Part shown: positions 1 through 8,876 of the stretch, piece after piece | Layout: each line of letters opens with the position of its first letter | How positions within the stretch are numbered: position 1 is the stretch's first letter | From: a virus | DNA length: 39,945 bases | Reading direction: 5' to 3' (one strand) | IMG/VR virus record: IMGVR_UViG_3300027822_000008 | Location: 1-39,945 of that record | Position numbers and translations under genes: made by a program | Notes under the pieces: model-generated | Told to the model about the DNA's origin: nothing | Databases searched by the model: none | The model's input: only the letters and a program-made list of their open reading frames with translations

Positions 1-127
1 CGTGCGTAAGGCCCGAGGCACACAGGCAACCGGCATCTGGTTGAATGAAATCAAGGAGCTGAGTAAGCCTGTTGTCGATATTCTTGATCTGCGTCATGGA
101 CGCTTCCCGCTGGAATATGATCCGAAG
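1..127. repeat. Terminal overlap, copy 1 (identical to 39819-39945)
   Basis: Compared base by base: cgtgcgtaaggcccgagg...gaatatgatccgaag is present at both window ends. It lies inside the terL coding sequence. Confidence 0.95.
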
Positions 128-1159
128 TGGTCCGGGATGATTGGGGACTATAACGCGCCCGACGTGGATCACTGGCTTTACGAGCTGGCGGAGGTTGAAA
201 AACCCGATGGCTGGGCTTTCTTTCATCAGCCTGGCGGAGTTATTGAGGTTGGCGTGGACCCCAACACAAAGCGGCCGCTTTTCGAGGTAAACCCAAACGC
301 TGAAAACCTCAAGAACCTTCGGCCCGGGTACTACGAGCGCGGCATGCGCGCCAAGAGTGATGCCTGGATAAAGGTAAATCTTGCCAATCAGTACGGTTTT
401 GTGACAGAGGGCAAGCCGGTCTACCCGGAATACGTGGATTCCGTGCATTGCCGCCCCGTCGACCCGATCTATGGGCTACCGATTCGCCGCTCATGGGACT
501 ACGGCCTGACGCCGGCCTGTACGTTTTCCCAGCTGTCGCCCTCTGGCCAGCTCCGTTTTTTCTACGAGATGTGCACAACGCGCTCAGGCATTGAGCGGTT
601 TACCGACCAGGTGCTGATGCACTGCGCTCAGGAGTACCGGGGCTTTGAGTTCACGGACCTGGGCGACCCGGCCGGCGATGCGGGCAAGAAATCATCCTTC
701 GATGGTGGCACCTTCGCTGACGAGCGTAGTTGCTTCGATATCCAGCTTGCCAAGGGCGTGGACATTGTTGGCGGCAATCAGAACCCGCACACTCGGCAGG
801 AGTCCGTACGCTATGGGCTTAACACCATGATCGATGGTCAGCCTGGACTGGTTATTGATCCGGCGTGCAAAATGCTAAGAAAGGGCTTCCAAGGCGGCTA
901 TTGTTTGCGTAAGCTCCAGGTAAGCGGCGAACGCTATGCGCTAAAGCCGGATAAAAATGAATATTCACACCCCCACGACTGCGCGCAATACGACGCGGCC
1001 GATGTCTTTGGCGATATCATCACTGGCGCCGATGGTCTGGATGGCGCCCAGCAGATCGCGCCTGAGGTTGTACCGGTCCCTGGCAGGCGCGCACATAGGC
1101 TGCGGGGTAAACAATCGCCCGCTGTTGCGGTTGATGACTTTGACGTTTACGAGGTGTAA
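2..1159 (+). CDS. terL: Terminase large subunit, C-terminal part (continues from 39442-39945 across the circular junction; whole gene 1536 nt, 511 aa)
   Basis: Open from the window edge and in frame with 39442-39945 once the 127-bp overlap is collapsed. The N-terminal part carries Walker A GPLGSGKT. It sits between the small terminase and the portal. Confidence 0.9.
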   Translation: MRKARGTQATGIWLNEIKELSKPVVDILDLRHGRFPLEYDPKWSGMIGDYNAPDVDHWLYELAEVEKPDGWAFFHQPGGVIEVGVDPNTKRPLFEVNPNAENLKNLRPGYYERGMRAKSDAWIKVNLANQYGFVTEGKPVYPEYVDSVHCRPVDPIYGLPIRRSWDYGLTPACTFSQLSPSGQLRFFYEMCTTRSGIERFTDQVLMHCAQEYRGFEFTDLGDPAGDAGKKSSFDGGTFADERSCFDIQLAKGVDIVGGNQNPHTRQESVRYGLNTMIDGQPGLVIDPACKMLRKGFQGGYCLRKLQVSGERYALKPDKNEYSHPHDCAQYDAADVFGDIITGADGLDGAQQIAPEVVPVPGRRAHRLRGKQSPAVAVDDFDVYEV

Positions 1160-1162
1160 ATC

Positions 1163-1492
1163 ATGGGCTTTGGTATCAGTTTCAAAAATCCGTTCAAGAG
1201 CATCAAAAAGGCATTCAACAGCTTCACTGACAGCATCGGTGACGGCGTCAACTTCTTTGTCGGCGGCTCCAAGGATATTGCGCGTAGCGCATCGCGTGGG
1301 TTTGCTCCAAAGATCCCGAAACTTAAGGTGCCACCCCCTCCTGACTTGTCGGCACCTACCGACGTCACAGATACCGGGCTGACGCCGAGGCGGCGACCAC
1401 TGCCGTTCGGTGGCGCGGTCGCCACCAGCCCACTGGGCCTTGTGGATGACCCGGACAAGAAAGAAAAACGTAAGGTACTGCTCGGAGGCTGA
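1163..1492 (+). CDS. Small hypothetical protein between terminase and portal
   Basis: 109-aa ORF with GAGGTG 7 nt upstream of the ATG. Pro-rich centre and basic C-terminus; no family recognised. Confidence 0.55.
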   Translation: MGFGISFKNPFKSIKKAFNSFTDSIGDGVNFFVGGSKDIARSASRGFAPKIPKLKVPPPPDLSAPTDVTDTGLTPRRRPLPFGGAVATSPLGLVDDPDKKEKRKVLLGG

Positions 1493-1493
1493 T

Positions 1494-3176
1494 ATGGACG
1501 CTGAACAGATTGTTAAGGTCACCTCTGCCCTTGAGGGTGAGAAGGCCAATATCTCCAACGTTTTCCAGGACATCAAGCGCTACTTTCTGCCGAATCGCGG
1601 CAACATCACCAGCATGCAGTCACCGGGCACCCAGTCAGACACTCAGACCCGCTTTGATTCGACGGGTATGGAGGCGAACCGCCTGTTGATGTCGAGCATT
1701 CAAAGCGCAATGGTGCCAGCGACTTCGGAATGGTTCGGCCTCGGCTTTCGTGAGGAAGATATTGCCAACGACAAGTCGGTGATCGATTGGCTTGAAGACT
1801 GCGCGCAGCGCATGCACAAGGCCTATAACGCCAGCAACTTCGGGATCAAGTACGGCGAGGGGTTCCTGGACCTTGGCGGGTTCGGGACTACGGCCATACT
1901 CCAAGAAGAACTGCCCCGGGATCGAGTCGGCAGTTTCGCCGGGGTCAGGTTTGATACGTTCGCCGCCGCCGAATATGTCTTTACCACATCGCCGCTCGGT
2001 CAGGCAGACGGCCTGTACCGCCGGTTCAGCTTCACCGCCCAGCAGATCAAGGATAAGTTTGAAGACCTGCCGGGCTTTCGCGGGTTCGGTTCTTCGATTG
2101 ATGGCGCCCTTAAGGCCACCGACAAGTCGAAAAAACAGGAAAAGTTCGAGATTGTTCACGCCATCTTCCCGCGCCAGCACTTCAACCAGAAGTTCGGTGG
2201 CGCGATAAATCTTCCTGTCGCCAGTGTTTACGTGGCAGTGAAGGATAAGCATATCCTCAAGGATGGCGGTTATCATGAGTTCCCGGCAGTGATTCCCCGC
2301 TGGGAGCTTACAGCAGAAGACAACGGCTGGGGCCGCTCTCCAGCGTGGATCGCACTCCCCGAGGTAAAAACGCTTAACCAGTGGGAAAAACTGGAGCTTA
2401 AGGCGATGGTGAAGGAAATCAGCCCCCCGTTGCTGGTGCCGAACAAATCGGTAGTGGGCGGCATGCGGACTACGCCGAATGCTATTAACTATTACGATGC
2501 GCGCCGCACAGGCGGACAAAAGCCCGAGTACCTGAACGCTGGCGTGAACTGGGCCATCGAGGACGCGAAGAAACGAGCAAAACAGGAACAGGTGCGGCGA
2601 ATCTTCTTTGTCGATCAGCTGCAATTTTCACCAGACGCGCCTCAAATGACAGCCACCGAAGTGCTGGAGCGCACCGTACAGGCACGCCGCGCGATGGGGC
2701 CTAACTTCTTTCGCCTGTCGTTTGAAATGCTGGACGCGACGGTATCGCGCACGTTCAACATCATGCTACGCGCCGGAGCCTTCCTACCGCCGCCGGCTAT
2801 CCTGCAGGATCGGCAGCGCCGAGGACTGGATTTAACGCTCGATGTGACCTATGTGTCTCCGCTTGCCAGAGCGCAACGCCAGGAAGATGTCAGCGCCACG
2901 CTACAGGCATATCAGTCGGGCGCGCAGATCGCGGAAGCCAAGCAAGACCCCTCTGTTCTGGACAACTTCGACGACGACGCCGCGATTGATGTTATCTCCA
3001 AGCAGCTCGGCGTACCGGCCAAGATCATGCGCGGGAAGGAAGAGGTGGCGGGAATTCGTGAGGCGCGTAATCAGCAGGCCCGGCAACAGCAGGAGCTTGA
3101 GCAGGCGGCTGCCGCTACGCAGGTAGCTGAAGCGGCAGCCGGCGCGCAGGCCAAGGGCGGGGTTGTTGCGGCCTGA
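1494..3176 (+). CDS. Portal (head-to-tail connector) protein, podovirus type
   Basis: Start moved to ATG 1494 (GGAGG 6 nt upstream); the track start at 1410 overlaps the upstream gene. 560 aa, located directly after terL. The overall pattern resembles T7/BPP-1-type connector proteins, with an Ala/Gln-rich C-terminal tail. Confidence 0.8.
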   Translation: MDAEQIVKVTSALEGEKANISNVFQDIKRYFLPNRGNITSMQSPGTQSDTQTRFDSTGMEANRLLMSSIQSAMVPATSEWFGLGFREEDIANDKSVIDWLEDCAQRMHKAYNASNFGIKYGEGFLDLGGFGTTAILQEELPRDRVGSFAGVRFDTFAAAEYVFTTSPLGQADGLYRRFSFTAQQIKDKFEDLPGFRGFGSSIDGALKATDKSKKQEKFEIVHAIFPRQHFNQKFGGAINLPVASVYVAVKDKHILKDGGYHEFPAVIPRWELTAEDNGWGRSPAWIALPEVKTLNQWEKLELKAMVKEISPPLLVPNKSVVGGMRTTPNAINYYDARRTGGQKPEYLNAGVNWAIEDAKKRAKQEQVRRIFFVDQLQFSPDAPQMTATEVLERTVQARRAMGPNFFRLSFEMLDATVSRTFNIMLRAGAFLPPPAILQDRQRRGLDLTLDVTYVSPLARAQRQEDVSATLQAYQSGAQIAEAKQDPSVLDNFDDDAAIDVISKQLGVPAKIMRGKEEVAGIREARNQQARQQQELEQAAAATQVAEAAAGAQAKGGVVAA

Positions 3177-3469
3177 TGGATAAAGTTACTCAGGATTTAT
3201 TCCTTGCGTACCTGGATGTTGCCGAAAGCGGCTCGGGCAAGCTGGTCATGGAAGATATGCGCACATCCTTTATTGAGCTGGGCAGCGAGGCCCTTCTCGA
3301 AGAGCTTGAGCAGTTCCCGCACCCCTACCGTGCCTATGTCGAAAAAGGTATGGCGATGGTGGTGCACAAGATGGAGGCAACCGTAAAGACCGCAGAACAC
3401 TATCAGTTACATGGATTCCCTGACGACGACAGAGAGGTAAATGACGATGAAGACAACCTGGTTGGTTAA
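3176..3469 (+). CDS. Acidic hypothetical protein
   Basis: 97-aa ORF. Its ATG overlaps the portal stop (TGATG); acidic C-terminus DDDREVNDDEDN. Confidence 0.55.
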   Translation: MDKVTQDLFLAYLDVAESGSGKLVMEDMRTSFIELGSEALLEELEQFPHPYRAYVEKGMAMVVHKMEATVKTAEHYQLHGFPDDDREVNDDEDNLVG

Positions 3470-4391
3470 CCTTATCCTGCAGCCGTGGCTGCTGTTTATG
3501 TTCTTTGCCGATGATGACGGTGGGGGTGGTGGAGGCGGTGACGATGGAGGGGCTGGCGACGACTGGCTTGGCGGCCTGAGTGAAGAGCTGCGCAGCGACG
3601 GCTCAATGAAGCCGTATCTAGAGAGCAAGGACCTCGGCGCACTGGTCACTGATTACATCGGAACCAAACGCATGATGGGCTCGCGTATTCCCATTCCGGG
3701 GCAGGATGCTGGCGACGACGCGATGAAAGAATTCCGCGAGAAACTGATTAACGTGCCGGGCGTTGCCATGATCCCGGATGCTGAAGACGCGGACGGCATG
3801 GCGGGACTATGGAACAAGCTGGGCCGACCGGAGACAGCCGAGGAATACGGAATCGGCAAACCCGAAAACTTACCGGATGGCGTTGACTGGTCGGACGATC
3901 AGGTCGGCGGCTTTCTCAAGCTCGGCCATGAGATTGGCCTTACGAAAACGCAGGCACAGCGCCTTATGGACTATCAGGTACAGGAGGCAACAGCCGCCAG
4001 CGAGGCAGAAGCCGAGCGGACAACGCAAGGCAAGGCCGCATTGCAATCTGAATGGGGGGCGGCGCTGAATCAGAACATGGGTATTGCGCGCGCCTTCCTG
4101 GCCGAAACCATGCCGCCCGACGAGGCTGCGTTTTACGGCGGGCTGCTGGAGGCCAATCCGGCGCTGGCAAAGGCATTGCACAAGGCCGGCACGACTGCGC
4201 TTGAGGACACGGTCATTCGTAACCTTGAGGGCGGTGGGCCGATCAAGACCCCCGGCGAGATTCAGGCGGAAATCGCACAGATTACTTCCAACCCTGAATA
4301 TATAAACCGAAATTCACCGAACCGGCAGGGGCTGGTGGACAAGGTCGGAAAGCTTTATCAACAGCTTGAAGGCTTGAAGAAAGCGGGCTAA
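3441..4391 (+). CDS. Putative scaffolding (capsid assembly) protein
   Basis: Lies between portal and capsid, is helical/charged, and has a DDWLGGLSEELR...SMKPYLESKDLGALVTDYIG motif like podovirus scaffold proteins. GAGAGG lies 4-5 nt before ATG 3441. The start is uncertain (alternative ATG 3498). Confidence 0.6.
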   Translation: MTMKTTWLVNLILQPWLLFMFFADDDGGGGGGGDDGGAGDDWLGGLSEELRSDGSMKPYLESKDLGALVTDYIGTKRMMGSRIPIPGQDAGDDAMKEFREKLINVPGVAMIPDAEDADGMAGLWNKLGRPETAEEYGIGKPENLPDGVDWSDDQVGGFLKLGHEIGLTKTQAQRLMDYQVQEATAASEAEAERTTQGKAALQSEWGAALNQNMGIARAFLAETMPPDEAAFYGGLLEANPALAKALHKAGTTALEDTVIRNLEGGGPIKTPGEIQAEIAQITSNPEYINRNSPNRQGLVDKVGKLYQQLEGLKKAG

Positions 4392-4406
4392 CCAGGAGAC
4401 AGCACC

Positions 4407-4685
4407 ATGACAGGCAAAAATCAGGACGATACAGAGGTCGACGCCACCAGCACCGAGGGAGGCCAAAAAAGTGATAATCAGTCACCGGACAGCCAAAACA
4501 ACGAAGTCGATGCGCCGGAGCAACCAGCCACTACTGAAGCTGATGCGGCTGAGGAAGATCAAGCGGCGGCGCCAGAAAGCAATGCGCCGGAAGCGGCTGC
4601 TGAACAAGTTGCCGAAGACTTACAGGTACCAGCCAGTCCAAAACGCTTTGTAGCCGACACCTGCCGTAGCCGATCACAGCAGTAA
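4407..4685 (+). CDS. Acidic low-complexity hypothetical protein
   Basis: 92-aa ORF with AGGAG 9 nt upstream. Composition is Asp/Glu/Ala/Pro/Gln-rich. A terminator follows. Confidence 0.5.
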   Translation: MTGKNQDDTEVDATSTEGGQKSDNQSPDSQNNEVDAPEQPATTEADAAEEDQAAAPESNAPEAAAEQVAEDLQVPASPKRFVADTCRSRSQQ

Positions 4686-4709
4686 CAGAACATCCTCCCC
4701 CAGGGATTT

Positions 4710-4736
4710 GCCCCGGCCACGTCCGGGGCTTTTTTA
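4710..4736 (+). terminator. Rho-independent terminator candidate
   Basis: GCCCCGG-ccacgt-CCGGGGC stem-loop followed by TTTTTTAATTTT. Confidence 0.7.
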
Positions 4737-4752
4737 ATTTTACGCATATGTA

Positions 4753-4780
4753 TTGACAGAACGGTTTTAGCCGCTACTAT
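4753..4780 (+). promoter_or_regulatory. Sigma70-like promoter candidate upstream of the major capsid gene
   Basis: TTGACA (4753-4758), 16-nt spacer, TACTAT (4775-4780). It is followed by a roughly 140-nt leader with hairpins. Confidence 0.5.
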
Positions 4781-4926
4781 GCAAGGTAAGCCGGGGTTGC
4801 GCGATTGTGGAATGCGTCCGGCGTTTCTCCACCGTCTAGTTCAGCGTACTGAACAGGCGGGTCCGGTCTTGAAACCGGGTTGCCCGACCGACAAGCGTTA
4901 GTTTATTGACACTTATCGGAGGCATT

Positions 4927-5817
4927 ATGTCTACTCAAATCCCTACCTGGATGGTTGAACAGTACAAGAACAACGTTCACGTACTGGCACAGCAGAAAGG
5001 CTCAAGACTCGCAAGCACCGTTCGCATCGATGGCGATATCATCGGCGAGCGGGTTCATTACGACCGCATCGGCGCAGTAGACGCGCAGAAAGTCACCGGT
5101 CGACATCAGGATACTCCGCTGATGAATACGCCGCACAGCCGGCGTTCTGCCGTCATGTACGACTATGACTGGGCGGACCTTGTCGACAAGCCCGACAAGC
5201 TCAAGACAATCAACGACCCGACCAACTTCTACGCCATGCAAGCAGTATGGGCATTGGGTCGTGCGAAGGATGACGAGATTATCGAAGCCATGTTTGGTTC
5301 CGCCCTGTCCGGCAAGGAAGGCACGACCTCTATCGCCTTGCCCGCCGCACAGAAGGTTGCCGTTGACGACCACACCTATGACGCGGGTTCCGGCAACGTT
5401 GGCTTGACGGTTTCCAAACTGATTCTGGCCAAGGAGATTCTGCTTAGCTCAGACATTGATCCGGATATGGAAATGTTCTGCGCCTGCACGCGCAAGCAAA
5501 TCTCCGACCTCCTGGCCACTACCGAAGTCACCAGCTCCGACTACAACAGCGTTAAGGCGCTGGTCGAGGGCAAAGTCGATACCTTTATGGGCTTCAAGTT
5601 CAAGACCACTGAAAAAATGACGCTGGACGCTAGCGGTCATCGTCAGGTTGGCTGCTACAGCGAAGTTGCTGTCGGACTGGGTTTGCCACAGGACGTGATG
5701 GTTGACATCGGCCCGCGTCGTGACAAGCGCAACGCCACGCAGGTCTATGCCAGCGAGTCCGCCGGCGCTGTTCGCATCGAAGACGAGCAGCTCGTCGAAA
5801 TCGCCTGCGCCATCTAA
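4927..5817 (+). CDS. Major capsid protein
   Basis: Start moved to ATG 4927 (GGAGG 4-5 nt upstream). 296 aa, after the scaffold. The gene is insulated by a promoter and terminators, consistent with high expression. The N-terminal pattern (...QYKNNVHVLAQQKGSRL...) resembles podovirus capsid proteins. Confidence 0.8.
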   Translation: MSTQIPTWMVEQYKNNVHVLAQQKGSRLASTVRIDGDIIGERVHYDRIGAVDAQKVTGRHQDTPLMNTPHSRRSAVMYDYDWADLVDKPDKLKTINDPTNFYAMQAVWALGRAKDDEIIEAMFGSALSGKEGTTSIALPAAQKVAVDDHTYDAGSGNVGLTVSKLILAKEILLSSDIDPDMEMFCACTRKQISDLLATTEVTSSDYNSVKALVEGKVDTFMGFKFKTTEKMTLDASGHRQVGCYSEVAVGLGLPQDVMVDIGPRRDKRNATQVYASESAGAVRIEDEQLVEIACAI

Positions 5818-5844
5818 CGCCGGATCATATAGGAGCACTCTGAT

Positions 5845-6336
5845 ATGGCAGTAACTACCGAAACCTCCACGCAGCGGTCGAATCCAATTGCTAGCCCGCC
5901 CGTGATGAACCCGGCCTATGAAGATCATGGCCGCCTGCGCGTTAAAGCGTTCACCTTCACCCAGGGCGCTGCCGCTGGTGATGCTACCAGCACCCAGGGG
6001 CTCGTGAAGCTGCCGCCCGGCAAGGGCCGTGTCTACCTCGGGCTGAGCTTGCTGGAAAACTCGGCGTTCGGGGCTTCTCGTACTCTCGATGTCGGTTATG
6101 CCGCACATACCCAGACGGATGGTACGGCGGTCGCTGCTGATCCCAACGCGTTTGACAACGCCATTGATGTATCGTCGCTTGCCTCGGCCGCACTCGGCTC
6201 CGATGTCGCGGCGGCTTCCGGCAAGATGTGGGAATTCGACTCGAAGGCCGGAATCGATATTGGGGCGGTTGTGGCGGGCGGAACAATTCCTGCCGGAGCA
6301 ACCCTGACCGGTTACATCGTTTATTCGCAGGACTAA
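5845..6336 (+). CDS. Putative capsid decoration/cement protein
   Basis: 163-aa Ala/Gly-rich, beta-rich ORF immediately after the capsid gene and inside the same terminator-bounded cassette. AGGAG lies 10 nt upstream. The function is inferred from position only. Confidence 0.45.
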   Translation: MAVTTETSTQRSNPIASPPVMNPAYEDHGRLRVKAFTFTQGAAAGDATSTQGLVKLPPGKGRVYLGLSLLENSAFGASRTLDVGYAAHTQTDGTAVAADPNAFDNAIDVSSLASAALGSDVAAASGKMWEFDSKAGIDIGAVVAGGTIPAGATLTGYIVYSQD

Positions 6337-6357
6337 GCACGAAAGTCGTGGGACTTT

Positions 6358-6396
6358 AACGGGGTCGGGCTGAAATGCTTTGGCCCCGTTTTTTCT
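6358..6396 (+). terminator. Rho-independent terminator candidate
   Basis: AACGGGG...CCCCGTT stem followed by a T-run (TTTTTTCTTT). A smaller hairpin CACGA-aag-TCGTG lies just upstream (6338-6350). Confidence 0.7.
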
Positions 6397-6409
6397 TTGA
6401 GGTGTTGCC

Positions 6410-8386
6410 GTGGGTGGAACAAGGGACGCATTAAACAGGCATGTCCGGGAGGCTGGCTTTAAGCGACCTGGGCTTGATGGCCACGCTGACGAGCATCTCG
6501 AGCTAGGGTTGACTGCGGATGTCGCCCAGGTATCCACTTTGCAGACGTCCCTTATTGATGCGCTACAGCGCATTACCGCACTTGAAAGTAATACCGGCAC
6601 GGTTGTTGAAAACCTGCCCGGACAGATTCAATGGGCAGCGACTACGCCACAGGTTAACGAGGGCGCCGCTGCTGTTGATAATTATGTCGACGTGTCAGTA
6701 TTCCGATCAGCCGGAACCTTTGGCGTTGTCGATGCGATACTCGCAATAACGACAACGGCGACACTAACCACCGAATACACCTTGCAGATCGGCGTCGATG
6801 TGTCGTCATTGGTGCCGTTTACCAGCGGAAACCGCGTCACGTTTCTCGATGGCCAGGTATCGAAAATTATCCGGGTAACGTGTATCGGGGACTCGATTGC
6901 TGCCGATGTTGATATCACCATGACCCTGTCGGGGCACAGAGCGAACGGTTCTGTGCTGGCAAGCGTTGAGGGTATCAATACTGTCTCCGTAGTTTCTCTG
7001 CTGGAAAACAACGGCGGGACACCGATTCTTGTTACTGGCGCCAGTTTTACGGTGGCAAATTCAACAAACACGCTGACTGCCGCTATTACGCTTGCTGCAA
7101 CTAACGCCGCATCTCAGATCATAACGACTGACGCGACGGTTACAGCTTCCGATCCGCGCTGGTCTGCCTATGACGCAACGATACCGAGCGTCCAGCAGCC
7201 GGCCTATGATGCGCTGACAACGTGGTACGCGCACTTCAAGTCGTCTACTGGCGATATCGTAAGCGTTAGCGCGGCCGCTACAGCTTCTGATACAGCGCCG
7301 CCGAGCCTGCCAACGGGGCTTGCCCAGTCAGGTGCCACATCCTCTTCTATTACCGCAGTTTGTAACGTGTCGACCGACAACGAGGGTTCGGCCATCACTT
7401 ATCGGTTCTACAAGGATGCGGTCCTTGATGGCACATCAGCTACGCCAGCCTATACGTTTACCGGGATAACTGCGGCGGCCACGCATTCCATTACTGCTGA
7501 CGTTGTTGATGCGTTTGGCAATGCGTCCGCACAAACGGCCGGTGTAAATATGACGGCCTCGGCCGCCTCAGCGGTAATCTTTACCGGAGACTATACGGCC
7601 AACGCAGGCGTCGGACCGTATAACCTCGATTCCATGACGCAGGTGTCGACAAATGACTCAAGTTATCATACCGAGGCGCTGGTCGCCGACTCGAACGCCC
7701 TATCGATGGGCAGTACGCATAAGTCGACATTCCTTGATTATTGCCTCGATAGCTATTTTGGGTTTGATGTGTCGATTCCGTGGTCTGCCGCCGCGATCTA
7801 CTGGAAGTGCGCCATGCGCTACGGGGATGACGGAAACGCTTATACCTGGTCGAACCCGGAAACCCCGACGAATGGCGCGTGTGGCGATCTGACAAACCGG
7901 CCCCATGAGCTTAAGTTTCCCGACATCGGCGGCGGCCAGGGCTTTGTCGGCAACGCGCGAATCATCGGCAAGGTACGCCAGTCCGGCCTTGGCGATACCG
8001 GGCGCTACCGGGTGTACACAAACGACGGGACAGATCACAACCTTGACGATTCAACGTTCGGGATGGGCGCCAGCGGGATTCTGGAGTCGAATGTTCCCTA
8101 TGTTATCCAGTTTGCCTGTATCGACAATCTTGATGGGACGCAGACTGTTAAAATATGGCGGCATCTGTATGGTGGCGCGCCTTCGGAAGAGGCAACACCT
8201 GATTACGAAAGGACCGGATCGAATTACTTTGATTCAACCCTATGGTCTGCTCCGCCTTCTGGCGGCCCTGGTCTTTATTTCGGACACGGATACAGGAATC
8301 ATAACTCTGTTGCCTCGCCCGTACAGTCGCTCTACATCGGTGCTGATGGCGTAGGGCCGCAATTCAGCGACAGCTTTATACTATGA
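6410..8386 (+). CDS. Multidomain virion protein: coiled-coil N-terminus, Calx-beta-like domain, FN3-like domain, C-terminal jelly-roll-like domain (putative fibre/glycan-binding protein)
   Basis: 658 aa, GTG start with GAGGTG 6 nt upstream. The segment VNEGAAAVDNYVDVSVFRSAGTFGVVDAILAI...VTFLDGQVSKIIRVTCIGDS...ITMTLSG fits the Calx-beta pattern. The segment PPSLPTGL...SSSITAVCNVSTDNEGSAITYRFY...YTFTGI...H looks FN3-like. Confidence 0.6.
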   Translation: MGGTRDALNRHVREAGFKRPGLDGHADEHLELGLTADVAQVSTLQTSLIDALQRITALESNTGTVVENLPGQIQWAATTPQVNEGAAAVDNYVDVSVFRSAGTFGVVDAILAITTTATLTTEYTLQIGVDVSSLVPFTSGNRVTFLDGQVSKIIRVTCIGDSIAADVDITMTLSGHRANGSVLASVEGINTVSVVSLLENNGGTPILVTGASFTVANSTNTLTAAITLAATNAASQIITTDATVTASDPRWSAYDATIPSVQQPAYDALTTWYAHFKSSTGDIVSVSAAATASDTAPPSLPTGLAQSGATSSSITAVCNVSTDNEGSAITYRFYKDAVLDGTSATPAYTFTGITAAATHSITADVVDAFGNASAQTAGVNMTASAASAVIFTGDYTANAGVGPYNLDSMTQVSTNDSSYHTEALVADSNALSMGSTHKSTFLDYCLDSYFGFDVSIPWSAAAIYWKCAMRYGDDGNAYTWSNPETPTNGACGDLTNRPHELKFPDIGGGQGFVGNARIIGKVRQSGLGDTGRYRVYTNDGTDHNLDDSTFGMGASGILESNVPYVIQFACIDNLDGTQTVKIWRHLYGGAPSEEATPDYERTGSNYFDSTLWSAPPSGGPGLYFGHGYRNHNSVASPVQSLYIGADGVGPQFSDSFIL

Positions 8387-8402
8387 ACCGTGAGGATTTG
8401 GC

Positions 8403-8876
8403 ATGAGTACATCAGAAGATAAATTTAATTGGTTTACCAAGGTTAGCGTGTGGCTTGAGAGCGCGCTTACTGGCTTGCCAGAAAGATTGAAAAGCGCTGC
8501 CGGGGCTGCGTACACCGCCCCACAAAACACAGGCTCATGGAGTTGGCCTGATTACGATTATACATGGGATGCATTGGTTGGCGCGGCTGCTGGCGTTTTA
8601 CATACAACCTCAGATATATCAGGTACGAAAGGATTTTCATTGGATATTTCGGCACTTACTGCTACTAGCGTGGACATTTATACATCCCTTGATGGATCGA
8701 CCTTTACTGGTCCGGTAATGATGCATGATGCGTCAACGGCTGCGCCTTTCGCTACAGCAGCAATCACTGCGGTAGGCCAGTATTATCTGAAGTCTGAACG
8801 GCCCATCAGAAACATACGCATCGATCAGGTTGGCGCGGGCGGTGCAACTATGACCTTTGCACACGGGAATGGCTAA
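8403..8876 (+). CDS. Hypothetical virion-module protein
   Basis: 157-aa ORF with GAGGA 7 nt upstream. Its stop overlaps the next start (TAATG). Confidence 0.6.
   Translation: MSTSEDKFNWFTKVSVWLESALTGLPERLKSAAGAAYTAPQNTGSWSWPDYDYTWDALVGAAAGVLHTTSDISGTKGFSLDISALTATSVDIYTSLDGSTFTGPVMMHDASTAAPFATAAITAVGQYYLKSERPIRNIRIDQVGAGGATMTFAHGNG

Noticed and set aside
1-127. The 127-bp terminal repeat as genuine direct terminal repeats (T7-like DTR)
   Set aside because: The repeat lies in the middle of the terL reading frame, and collapsing it restores one intact gene. Real DTRs are non-coding genome ends. An exact 127-nt overlap fits an assembler k-mer artefact of a circular or permuted genome.
1410-1493. 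N-terminal extensions given in the ORF track (for example portal from 1410, capsid from 4906, exonuclease from 29506, vWA from 32864, PAPS reductase from 33766, terS from 38859)
   Set aside because: In each case an internal ATG or GTG has a proper Shine-Dalgarno sequence or a stop/start overlap with the upstream gene. The extension would overlap the neighbouring gene or intergenic signals.
1635-2624. 329-aa minus-strand ORF inside the portal gene (similar cases: 965-1576, 13472-13786, 15420-15866, 17139-17522, 18281-19021, 20247-20615)
   Set aside because: All of these lie antisense to long, translationally coupled structural genes and show the Arg/Pro/Ser-rich shadow-ORF composition. None has a plausible start context.
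3505-3545. G-rich tract (ggtgggggtggtggaggcggtgacgatggagggg) as a G-quadruplex or slippery regulatory element
   Set aside because: Most G-runs are only 2 nt long. The tract is simply in-frame Gly/Asp codons of the scaffold-like ORF, and there is no second frame to shift into.
5449-6600. 383-aa ORF on the minus strand across the capsid and decoration genes
   Set aside because: It is antisense to two well-supported plus-strand genes that have RBSs and terminators. Its Arg/Ser/Ala/Gly-rich composition is typical of shadow ORFs in GC-rich coding DNA, and it has no RBS.
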